A stretch of 55,910 nt of DNA, taken from an uncultured Gemmatimonadaceae bacterium (lineage in GTDB: Bacteria; Gemmatimonadota; Gemmatimonadetes; Gemmatimonadales; GWC2-71-9). Below, in pieces: positions 43,866 to 52,107 of this stretch. The notes beneath the pieces are model-generated. The model was not told where the DNA came from and did not search any database. It saw nothing but the letters and a program-made list of their open reading frames with translations. Position numbers and translations under genes: made by a program. Where the stretch lies: NCBI GenBank assembly GCA_964348385.1, contig CAYGCN010000004.1, forward strand, positions 1 to 55,910. The letters run 5' to 3'. Positions within the stretch are counted from its first letter, which is position 1. Each line of letters begins with the position of its first letter.

Positions 43866-44402
43866 ATGCCGGACCATCCGCTGGGGAACCGGCTGGCCGA
43901 CGGCACTCCACCCGTCACGACGAGGCAGCTCCTCGACCGGCTCGAGGCGCTGGAGATCGTCGTGACCACCGTGGATCATCCTCCGGTGTTCACCGTGGAC
44001 GAGGCCAAGGCGCTCCGCGGTGACCTTCCGGGCACGCACACCAAGAGCCTGTTCCTGCGGGACAAGAAGGGCGCCATGTGGCTCGTGGTGTGCCTGGAGG
44101 ACCGTGCGGTGGACCTCAAAGAGCTGGCCCATCGCCTCGGAGCGAAGCGCCTTTCGTTCGGCAGCGCCGAACGCCTGATGCGGTATCTCGGCGTGATCCC
44201 AGGTGCGGTGAGCCCGTTTTCCGCGATCAACGATCGAGGCGGCGCCGTCCAGGTGGCAATCGACCGCGCCGTGCTGCGCCAGGATCCCGTGAACCTGCAT
44301 CCGCTGGACAACGCGAAGACGACGGCCATCGCCGGCGCCGACCTGCTGCACTTTCTCGACGCGGAATCCCACGCACCGCAGATCATCGAGTTCGATGGGT
44401 AA
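43866..44402 (+). CDS. YbaK/ProX-type aminoacyl-tRNA editing (deacylase) domain protein
   Basis: 178-aa ORF. HPPVFTVDEAKALRGDLPGTHTKSLFLRDKKGAMWLVV...GVIPGAVSPFSAIND... is typical of prolyl-tRNA-synthetase-associated editing domains. Confidence 0.87.
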   Translation: MPDHPLGNRLADGTPPVTTRQLLDRLEALEIVVTTVDHPPVFTVDEAKALRGDLPGTHTKSLFLRDKKGAMWLVVCLEDRAVDLKELAHRLGAKRLSFGSAERLMRYLGVIPGAVSPFSAINDRGGAVQVAIDRAVLRQDPVNLHPLDNAKTTAIAGADLLHFLDAESHAPQIIEFDG

Positions 44403-44486
44403 TGGGCACGGTGAGCTGTGCGCTGGGGCGCCGTGCGCGGCGAGTGGGGAGCGGTACGGTTCCCGCTGCTCGCTCCCCGCTTCCCG

Positions 44487-45773
44487 TCAAAACGGCTCCT
44501 CCAACGACCGGCTCTGCGGCGTCAGCAACTCGGCACCGTCCTCGGTGATCACCATGTCGTCTTCGAGTCGCACGCCGAACTCACCGCGGATGTAGATCCC
44601 CGGTTCGTCGCTGAAGGTCATGCCGGGCTCGAGCGGCAGGGTGTTGCCCCGAACGAGGTACGGCCATTCGTGGCCGTCCATCCCGATCCCGTGTCCCACG
44701 CGGTGAGTGAAGAACGCGTAGTCGGGGCCGAAACCCGCCTCCTCGATGACCGTGCGCGCCGCGCGATCCACGGCCTCGCAGGGAACGCCGGGTGCCGCGG
44801 CTCGGAGTGCCGCGGTCTGGGCCTGGAGCTCGATGTCGAACACGCGCTTCATCGTCTCCGTCGGCCGGCCGAGTACGAACGTCCGACTGATATCGGAGCG
44901 GTAGCCCTCGACGCCACAGCCACCGTCGATCAGCAAGATCGTGCCTTCACGAATCACCTGTGGCGTTGAGGAGCCGTGGGGCAGTGCCGAGTATTCTCCC
45001 ACCTGGACACCGGCGCCGCCGGAGAACCCCAGGCGGTCGTGCGCCGCCGACACCAGGTCGGCAAACCGCTGTTGGGTCATCCCGTCTTCCAGGGCCTTCC
45101 ACGCCGCTTCGTACGCCTTGAGCGTGACCCTGGATGCGAGCCGCATCAGCTCGAGTTCGTGGGCCGTCTTCACGCCGCGGCATCCGGCGGTGACCGGAGT
45201 CGCGCTCGCGATATCGAGCGATGGCGCCGCCCGCGCCACCCCATGGGAGAACACGAACCGCACGGTCTCTTCGATGCCGAGTCGGCCGGTGCCGTACCCC
45301 ATCGCGCGCATGCCGTCGGCCACCAGTCGGTACGGATCTTCGTCTTCCTGCCACGTCAGCACGTCCACTGCGTCGTCCCCGAGCGGACCCTTCTCAAGCT
45401 GCTCCCGCGCGCGGTCTTCTTCGAAGGCGGGGGTGACGACGAAGGGCCGTCCGTCAACCGGGAGAATCAGCGCGAACAGGCGCTCGCTGTTCCACCAGGA
45501 GATGTTGGCATAGTAGACGAGCGACGTGCCACCGATCAGCAACATGGCGTCGAGATCGCTGGCCCGCATGAGCCTCCGTGCCTTCTCGATCCGTTGTCGC
45601 CGCTCGTCCACGGTGATCGGTATCGCCTCGTCCTTCATCGAGGTGAGCGCCAGGATCGACGGGGGGAGGTCATCCGCTCCTTGTGGGGCCTGAGGCTTGA
45701 GGATCGCAGGCGCGGCGGACGTTCCGACGAGCGTGGCCGCAGAGGCGCCGATGAAACTGCGGCGAGAGATCAT
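44487..45773 (-). CDS. M24-family Xaa-Pro aminopeptidase/dipeptidase with Tat-type signal
   Basis: The ORF track gives 44487..45905. ATG 45773 (GGGAG 7 nt upstream) gives MISRRSFIGASAATLVGTSAAPA (twin-arginine motif). M24 metal-site motifs (LIDGGCGVEGYRSDISRT, HRVGHGIGMDGHE, GMTFSDEPGIY, RLEDDMVITE). Confidence 0.9.
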   Translation of the reverse strand: MISRRSFIGASAATLVGTSAAPAILKPQAPQGADDLPPSILALTSMKDEAIPITVDERRQRIEKARRLMRASDLDAMLLIGGTSLVYYANISWWNSERLFALILPVDGRPFVVTPAFEEDRAREQLEKGPLGDDAVDVLTWQEDEDPYRLVADGMRAMGYGTGRLGIEETVRFVFSHGVARAAPSLDIASATPVTAGCRGVKTAHELELMRLASRVTLKAYEAAWKALEDGMTQQRFADLVSAAHDRLGFSGGAGVQVGEYSALPHGSSTPQVIREGTILLIDGGCGVEGYRSDISRTFVLGRPTETMKRVFDIELQAQTAALRAAAPGVPCEAVDRAARTVIEEAGFGPDYAFFTHRVGHGIGMDGHEWPYLVRGNTLPLEPGMTFSDEPGIYIRGEFGVRLEDDMVITEDGAELLTPQSRSLEEPF

Positions 45774-45796
45774 GGCGGTACTCCCAGGGTTGAGGA

Positions 45797-45817
45797 CGGA
45801 TCGGATCGGATCGGATC
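45797..45817. repeat. Pentanucleotide microsatellite (CGGAT)x4 containing four GATC sites
   Basis: CGGATCGGATCGGATCGGATC read directly, 24-44 nt upstream of the M24 peptidase start. Confidence 0.8.
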
Positions 45818-45859
45818 GAAGCGTATGATGCGCCGGCGGTCCGGGAGACGGAACCTCGC

Positions 45860-46480
45860 TCAGCGGGCCTCGGGCGCCCACGCCAGATCGGCGACGTCCG
45901 CCCACGCCGGCTGACCGAGGTCATCGGTGTCGTGCACGACCCCGACCGCCACGATGGCGGGGGGGGCCCTGCCGAACGCCGTGCGGTAGTCGGCGAACGG
46001 ATCGCGTCTCTCCTCGCGCCACGCGCCGTCGGCATCGCTCGCGTTCCGCAACACCCACACCATCCGCGACGACGCCGTCCAACTCGCGAACCACTCGTTT
46101 GGACGTTCGGCGGCGCCCCACGTGTAGAACAGCGTGCGGCGGTCGCGGAACACGACAAGCACCCGCACCGGGCTGTCATCGCGCCGACGGTCCCGGAGGT
46201 CGGCATCGGGAAGTGGCGTGGCCGTGCGCCAACGCCACGTGAACGCACCGTCTTCCGGTTGCAGTCGCTCGGGCAGCTCGTACACGGCATAGCCGACCGC
46301 GCCGGCACCCTCGACGTGGAGCGCCGCCTCGTCCGTGACGGCGTAGGCTGGGGTAGGCCGACCGCGCGCGCGCCTGAGGTCCCAGCCGTCGGGGAGCCCC
46401 GGGCCGGGCGCCACGTCGGCAAGGTTGGTGAGGCAACAGGCGACGAGCAGGGGAAGCATCATGTGATCAATGGGCCGCAC
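45860..46480 (-). CDS. Hypothetical secreted protein, DUF3047-like
   Basis: 206-aa ORF. N-terminal hydrophobic signal. Resembles DUF3047-type proteins by recollection (W..R....P.Y.V........L.V...; FTWRWR; SPVRVLVVF; FYTWG). Confidence 0.55.
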   Translation of the reverse strand: MRPIDHMMLPLLVACCLTNLADVAPGPGLPDGWDLRRARGRPTPAYAVTDEAALHVEGAGAVGYAVYELPERLQPEDGAFTWRWRTATPLPDADLRDRRRDDSPVRVLVVFRDRRTLFYTWGAAERPNEWFASWTASSRMVWVLRNASDADGAWREERRDPFADYRTAFGRAPPAIVAVGVVHDTDDLGQPAWADVADLAWAPEAR

Positions 46481-46578
46481 GAGCGGGGCATGTCAACTCC
46501 CGTCGCTGATCGACCCGACGACGAGAGCCCCGTGCGCGGTCAGCCCGGGGCTCTCCGCCGCTTGACGGTGTGGGCGCG

Positions 46579-47148
46579 TTAGAACGTCACTCGAGCGATC
46601 CTGAGACCCACCGTGGGGGCCGCCCCCACGGCGGAGGGCACCGGCTCCAGCACCAGAATGGCCGGATCGAGACTCGCGCCCGCCAGGCGCCGGTTGTACG
46701 CGTTCGCGTCACTCACTGCCGTGATCGTGCCCCACACCCAGTTGGCCAAATACCCGAGAGCGAACACACCCGCAATGGCGTACGCGGTACCGTCCGTGTC
46801 ACACACGGAGAAGCCGTCGATGCAGGCCTCGAGGAGGCTGGCACCCATGCCGACCGCCGTGGCACCGCCAATCACGAGATGCCGGATACCGTGCCCATTG
46901 TTGCCGGCGTAGAACGACCCTGTTCCGTAGGGCAGGAAGAAGCTGAGAATGCCAGCGAGCCAAGGGCTCTTCTCGCCCGGCTGCTGCACCATGACCGTGG
47001 CATCCAGCGCCACATTCACGGACGACACCACAAACACCGACGATTGACCGAAGGCAGTCTGGGACAGTTGGGCCTCGGACATGCGTGGTCCACCAGCAGC
47101 GATGACCGCCGTCACCAGCGCGGCGCGGAAAACGACTCGGGCGAGCAT
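46579..47148 (-). CDS. Hypothetical membrane protein (TM2-like segment)
   Basis: ATG 47148 gives MLARVVFRAALVTAVIAAGG. The segment KSPWLAGILSFFLPYGTGSFYAGNNGHGIRHLVIGG is reminiscent of TM2-domain proteins. 189 aa. Confidence 0.5.
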   Translation of the reverse strand: MLARVVFRAALVTAVIAAGGPRMSEAQLSQTAFGQSSVFVVSSVNVALDATVMVQQPGEKSPWLAGILSFFLPYGTGSFYAGNNGHGIRHLVIGGATAVGMGASLLEACIDGFSVCDTDGTAYAIAGVFALGYLANWVWGTITAVSDANAYNRRLAGASLDPAILVLEPVPSAVGAAPTVGLRIARVTF

Positions 47149-47233
47149 GGTTTGCACCTCCCAGGAGGACGTAATGGAAACGCGCAAACATTGTGAACGC
47201 CGGTTCGCCGCGCAAGCAGCCCTCGAAGAGAAA

Positions 47234-47306
47234 CCCCGTCACCCCCTCCCACTTCCCTTTTCCCTCTTGCCTCTTGCCGCTTCCCAAGTCCCGCTTCCCG
47301 CTTCCC
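47234..47306 (-). repeat. Purine-rich GGG-tract array (E5) directly after the transporter stop codon
   Basis: The minus strand after TAA (47310..47308) reads C GGGAAGC GGGAAGC GGGACTT GGG AAGCGGCAAGAGGCAAGA GGGAAAA GGGAAGT GGGA GGGGG TGAC GGGG. No complementary arm is nearby. Confidence 0.7.
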
Positions 47307-47307
47307 G

Positions 47308-48543
47308 TTAGCCCGCTTTCACCTCCCCCACACACGGCCGCACCAGATACAGGTTTCCGGCCAGCCGTCCTACCATGAACGCGATCGTCGCGGCGGTGAC
47401 CCCCACCACGCCGAGTTTCCATCCCAACAGGGGAAACAGCAACGCAATACCGCCGACCTCGATCGCCGTCGCCCAGGTGACGGGACGTGTGGTGTGCCCC
47501 ACCATCAGGATCGCGCGCTGGAATGAGAGGATGACCGACAGGAGCGGAATGGGAATGATGATGATCGTCGGCAGGATCGCAAACCGCGCCAGCTCCGGCG
47601 CGAGTCCCGAGACCGTTTCGTACCAGACGCGCGATAGCGGCGTCAAAGCCACGAGCGCCAGCACCGCCGACGCGACGATCCCGAGCGTGAGCGCAAACCG
47701 CCACAGAGAATGCACGTGCTCGTAGCGGTTGCCCATCAAGGCGATCGCGACCTCCTGGAAGCTCAATCCCATCGCCCGGAAGATGAAGGACAGCGCCACC
47801 ACGACGGGGAACACGGCGAGCGACTCGAGTGGCGCCAGCGCCCGGCCCATGAAGAACGTGACCATGGGTTGGACGGCCAATCCGATCAGCGACGTGAGGG
47901 CGAGCGGGTAATAGAAGCGCACGATCTTGCTGTAGCTCAGTGCTTGGCCAGCGTCACTCTCACTCCCGAGCAGCCGGTGCACCGTCGTGCGTGCCATGAT
48001 CCGGCTGGCGACGGCTTCCGCCGAAACACCGGCGGCCAGAGCCGCGGCTCCCACCCACGCGCCCGGGGGCGCGATCGTGAAGTAGAGCACGAGCGCCGTG
48101 GTCGCCATGGTCGTGAGGCGGAGCACCGTACCGTAGGCGACGAGCCGGGTACGCCCGCCGCGGATCAGGAGCCCCTGATAGAACCGCCGGTACCCGATCG
48201 CTCCCGGCCAGGGGAGGAGCAGCCAAAGCGCCACGTACGTGAGGTCCGCCACGTCGTCGGGAATGGCGATCAGGTCGAGCATCACGTAGCGGAATACCGA
48301 TGGCACCAGCAACGCCAACATGGCCGCCGTGACCGCCGCATTGAGCACGTAGGTGAACGTGCGGAGGCGCCGGAAGCTGTGCGCGTCTTCGGCCAGGGCC
48401 GTAGATGCGCTCATGATCATGATGACGGGGGCCTCGACCAGCAGGGCGAAGGCGTACGCCACACCGTGGGCCGCGAGGTTGAACGTGGGATCCACCAACC
48501 GGGCGATGACCGCCGCGAGGAAGGGCCCCTCTACCGCCATCAT
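47308..48543 (-). CDS. MOP/MATE-superfamily polytopic transporter (flippase-like)
   Basis: 411-aa ORF, about 12 TM helices. The reading frame stays open 29 codons upstream of the first ATG and encodes the missing half of TM1 (see findings); a CTG start at 48603 is possible. Confidence 0.8.
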   Translation of the reverse strand: MMAVEGPFLAAVIARLVDPTFNLAAHGVAYAFALLVEAPVIMIMSASTALAEDAHSFRRLRTFTYVLNAAVTAAMLALLVPSVFRYVMLDLIAIPDDVADLTYVALWLLLPWPGAIGYRRFYQGLLIRGGRTRLVAYGTVLRLTTMATTALVLYFTIAPPGAWVGAAALAAGVSAEAVASRIMARTTVHRLLGSESDAGQALSYSKIVRFYYPLALTSLIGLAVQPMVTFFMGRALAPLESLAVFPVVVALSFIFRAMGLSFQEVAIALMGNRYEHVHSLWRFALTLGIVASAVLALVALTPLSRVWYETVSGLAPELARFAILPTIIIIPIPLLSVILSFQRAILMVGHTTRPVTWATAIEVGGIALLFPLLGWKLGVVGVTAATIAFMVGRLAGNLYLVRPCVGEVKAG

Positions 48544-48675
48544 GAGCCACGTGGCGGCCAGCGGAACCCAAAAAGCGAAGATGGAACGTTGCGAGAGCTT
48601 CAGACGCGCGACTCCGATGGCTCGGTCGCGCTAAAGGTACCGGGCGACGCCGGATGACGGCAGACAGCCGCGGGG

Positions 48676-49056
48676 CTACGCGCTGTTTCCGTTCAGGAGT
48701 TCTCCGAGGATCTGCTCCACATCGTCGATGCCGAAGGGTTTGGCCAGCGTCCGCGCGGCACCCAGCCGTTCGGCCACACTCAGGAGGCTCACGGCCTTCC
48801 CGCCGTACACGCCGCCCGACATGGCAACGATCTTCGTCGTCGGCGACTGAAACAGCATTTTCGGGATGACCTCCAGGCCGTCGATCACGGGCATGAAGAG
48901 ATCCACAAACGCGATCGCAAACGGTCGGGTGCCGACGGTGTTCAGTGCGGCGAGACCATCTTCGGCCTGTGTGACGTCATGGCCCAACTGCACGAGCACT
49001 CGCTCGAGCATCGTGCGCAGCTGCGGATCGTCGTCCACCACCAGTATGTGAGCCAT
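48676..49056 (-). CDS. Single-domain (CheY-like) response regulator
   Basis: 126-aa ORF: ILVVDDDP, FVDLFMPVIDG, VAMSGG, AKPF. No output domain. Confidence 0.9.
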   Translation of the reverse strand: MAHILVVDDDPQLRTMLERVLVQLGHDVTQAEDGLAALNTVGTRPFAIAFVDLFMPVIDGLEVIPKMLFQSPTTKIVAMSGGVYGGKAVSLLSVAERLGAARTLAKPFGIDDVEQILGELLNGNSA

Positions 49057-49113
49057 GGCCCGGAGCCGCCGTGGGGTCGTCCACGGGCCAAGACTGCAAG
49101 GGGCGTGCCCCGA

Positions 49114-50025
49114 TCACCCTCCTGAGACCGCGGCCCGGTTGCCGGATGGCCGGCCAGTCCGCGGCCGCATGCGGCCAATCAGCACGGTAACGTTGTCGCG
49201 TCCGCCCCGCTCGAGAGCCAGATCGACCAGACGGTGGCAACTCTTCTCCGCCGCCTCGAGGCCCTGGAGTTCCTGTTCGATCTCGCCCTCGGAGACGTGC
49301 TTCGTGAGCCCGTCGGTGCACAGCAGCATCACATCGTCCCTCCGGACGTCGTCGGAGGCGGTGATGGGAAGTGCTTCGGGACCTCCGACGGCACTGGCCA
49401 GCACGCTCCGGAACGGCGACCGGGTCGCCTCCTCCGGCGTGAGCGCGCCCGAATCCACCAGCGCCTGCGCGATTGTCTGGTCCCGCGACAGGCGTTCCAG
49501 CCGGCCACCCCGCAGTCGGTAGCACCGGCTGTCGCCCACCTGCACCAAATACGCCCGCGGCCACAGGACGGCCACCATGGTCAGCGTCGTGGCGAGACCA
49601 TGTCCCTCGTGATCGCGGTCACCGTGCTCTTTCAGGATCGTGTGGCTCCGTTCTACCGACGCGGTGAGTTCCCGCAGGAAGACGGACTCCCGCTCGGGAT
49701 CCAACCGCCGGTACAGGCCCATGAGGTTGGTCACGTGATCGGCGATGGTCCTGAGGACCGTCTCGCTCGCCAGGTGGCCGTCGGGACGCCCGCTCACCCC
49801 GTCTGCGACGAGAAACAGGTACCCGCGGGAATCGCTCACCAGCTGGGGATAGTCCTGCTCGGGCAGGCTCGATTGCTGAATGCGGAGGAGCTTGTGGAGG
49901 CTCGCGATCAAAAAGTGGTCTTCGTTGGCAGTGCGCACGCGACCGGGATGCGTCAGTCCGAATACATCGACGTCAGCCTCCATCGGACGGGACCCACTCG
50001 TCCTGCTGCGCGCCGGCTCGGTCAT
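49114..50025 (-). CDS. PP2C-family Ser/Thr protein phosphatase
   Basis: The ORF track gives 49114..50160; ATG 50025 (GAGGA upstream) gives MTEPARSR.... Motifs: GRVRTANEDHF, FLVADGVSG, VGDSRCY, LLCTDGLT, GGRDNVTVL. Confidence 0.88.
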   Translation of the reverse strand: MTEPARSRTSGSRPMEADVDVFGLTHPGRVRTANEDHFLIASLHKLLRIQQSSLPEQDYPQLVSDSRGYLFLVADGVSGRPDGHLASETVLRTIADHVTNLMGLYRRLDPERESVFLRELTASVERSHTILKEHGDRDHEGHGLATTLTMVAVLWPRAYLVQVGDSRCYRLRGGRLERLSRDQTIAQALVDSGALTPEEATRSPFRSVLASAVGGPEALPITASDDVRRDDVMLLCTDGLTKHVSEGEIEQELQGLEAAEKSCHRLVDLALERGGRDNVTVLIGRMRPRTGRPSGNRAAVSGG

Positions 50026-50309
50026 GTGGTGGCGTCCTCTTCGATTTGTGCAACGTGTCCGTCCACCACTCCTCCAGCCCAACCTCCACCCCTCGCTCAA
50101 CTTGGGCCGACGGACCCGCAGGCGCCACCCTGCGCGGATTGGCCGGCCGGGAGGCTGCATGGGCCCTTCCTGGCACCCGGATTCCCGCGTCCACGGTGAG
50201 TGTGCTGTGGGTCACTGGCCCGGCCGATGCCAGGCACGATACTGGGACCGCATGGTGTGTCGGGGCCCTCCCCCGACGGGTTTGGCGCTCGGTTCTCGGA
50301 GGTGGGACG

Positions 50310-51914
50310 GTGAACATCGCTACGGTCAAGCAGCAGGCACGCGAACTCGAACGACAGGGAAAGACGGCAGCGGCACTCGACGCCTACGAAGAGATCATTG
50401 CGCGGCTCGAGTGCGACGCGGTCGAGCCCGAGGCACCGCTCTTCGTCAAGGTCGGCGACCTCTCGCTCAAGACCGGGGACAAGCTCGGTGCGATCGCGAT
50501 GTTCGAGCGTGCCGCCGAACAGTACGCCAAGCAGGGCTCGAATCGGAGCGTCATCGCTCTGTGCCTCAAGATCTTGCGGACCGCCCCGCACCGCACGGAC
50601 GTCCATCTCCGCTTCGCCAAGGAACTGCTGACGAACGACTATGTGGAACCCACGCGGCTCGTGCTCGTGGACTACGCCGAGCGGGCCAAGCTGCCGAAGA
50701 CCCTGAACACGCTCCAGCGGCTGGCCGTGCGGCCGGAGTCGGAGATCCGGGCGATGCTGGAGCGGTTCTTCGACACGGCGGAGCGTGGGCAGCACATGGC
50801 AGGCCACACCGGCGAGATGCCGGCCATCATGCTTCCGGCCGACGCGCTGCCCCAGACCGCGCCACCCCGACCGGCTCCCGAACCGCATCGTCCGACGGCG
50901 CGCGACGTGCCGACCCGTGCGGCGCCGACGCTGGAACATCACGCCGCCGTGCCGGCGCACGACCCCGTCGTGGCCGAATTGCGGCGTTCACCTCCGCAGC
51001 CTGCGGAGCCGGCGGCACCCGTAAGCCGTCCCGAGGCGATGCCTCGGCCGACCCGGCCCGAGCCGGCCGCGCCTCGCCTGGGAGTCATCGCCAGGTTACG
51101 CCGCGCGTTGCGGCCCCGACCGGTGTGGGTGTACCCCGCCGCGGCCGCGGTGGCCGTCGCCGCGCTCGCTGTGGGCTTCTTCGCCCTTGGCGCCGTTCCG
51201 TTCGGTGGGGAGTTGGACGCGGAACAGCCCAGCGCGACCGTTTCCCACGCGACGCCGTCCCGGAGCACCCTTATGATGGTGGCCGCGTTCGGGGCCACCG
51301 ATGCGGAACTGCGATCCGTGCCTGCCGCGACCGCGGCGGCGCCGGTTCAGAGACCCGCAGGCGCCGCCACCCGTGCCTCGGATTCGACGGCGGCCGCGGG
51401 CCTGAAAGAGCGTGCGCCGCTGGTACCGGTGGCGCTGGATCCGTCGGCGCTAGCCGCCGCGACGCGCGCCGCCAGGAGCGCGAATCCCGGGACGATCGAC
51501 ATCCCGATTGACAACGCCGTGGAGGATGCGGGACGCATCGCGATTCCCACGACCCTGCCTGCCGCGTCGGAGCTCGTGAGCCGCGCAGCGGCCGCACCGC
51601 GTTCGACGACCAGCGACGAGCCCGTCGTCGCCATCGCGGACCTGGGGATCGCCGCCGTGATGCGTGCACCGAACAGCTATCAAGTGGTGCAGCGTCTGGA
51701 CGACGGTCAGCAGATCTCCCTCTCCGTGATCCCGTTCGCGGATGCGCCGGTCGGTGAGAGCGGCGCGCTCAAGGTCCGGGCGGCAGGCGACTCAGCCATC
51801 GGCACCGTGCGCTTTCGTGACTCGTTCGTCACCGCGCGCGCGCCGCTGACGCCCTCCGCGCTGAAGCGGCACCTGGAGAAGCTCACCGAGCGCGGCGGCT
51901 CGTCCAGGAGGTAA
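50310..51914 (+). CDS. Hypothetical bitopic protein: TPR-like N-domain, Pro-rich linker, TM, extracytoplasmic C-domain
   Basis: The ORF track gives 50046..51914. GTG 50310 (GGAGGTGGG upstream) gives VNIATVKQQARELERQGKTAAALDAYEEII.... Pro-rich 50850-51120. TM VWVYPAAAAVAVAALAVGFFALGAV. Confidence 0.6.
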   Translation: MNIATVKQQARELERQGKTAAALDAYEEIIARLECDAVEPEAPLFVKVGDLSLKTGDKLGAIAMFERAAEQYAKQGSNRSVIALCLKILRTAPHRTDVHLRFAKELLTNDYVEPTRLVLVDYAERAKLPKTLNTLQRLAVRPESEIRAMLERFFDTAERGQHMAGHTGEMPAIMLPADALPQTAPPRPAPEPHRPTARDVPTRAAPTLEHHAAVPAHDPVVAELRRSPPQPAEPAAPVSRPEAMPRPTRPEPAAPRLGVIARLRRALRPRPVWVYPAAAAVAVAALAVGFFALGAVPFGGELDAEQPSATVSHATPSRSTLMMVAAFGATDAELRSVPAATAAAPVQRPAGAATRASDSTAAAGLKERAPLVPVALDPSALAAATRAARSANPGTIDIPIDNAVEDAGRIAIPTTLPAASELVSRAAAAPRSTTSDEPVVAIADLGIAAVMRAPNSYQVVQRLDDGQQISLSVIPFADAPVGESGALKVRAAGDSAIGTVRFRDSFVTARAPLTPSALKRHLEKLTERGGSSRR

Positions 51915-52107
51915 GGGGCATCGGCCAGGACCGTCCCCGACCTCTCGTCGAGGATCAGGGCCGATGGAGTGGATCATCGCTCCGTCGGCCCCTTTGCATC
52001 GACGGGCTCGCGCTCGCGGGGCAACTGGCTAGGTTTGGCCACTGCCCCGGAACGGGTGATTCGGCATCGGTCCCGGAGGCAAAACTCGTGAACCCCGAGA
52101 GTGCGCG

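Noticed and set aside
44446-44478. GC-rich hairpins between convergent genes: GGGGAGCG...CGCTCCCC at 44446-44478, and GCGCTCCTC-GCT-GAAGAGCGC at 54549-54569. Also small stems after 33645 and 40648.
   Set aside because: The stems are short or mismatched and have no following U-tract on either strand. I did not call them terminators.
50171-50185. Sigma-54-like sequence TGGCAC-CCGGA-TTCC on the plus strand, 125 nt upstream of GTG 50310.
   Set aside because: The -12 element has CC instead of the near-invariant GC, and no enhancer-binding protein gene is adjacent. It is too weak to call.
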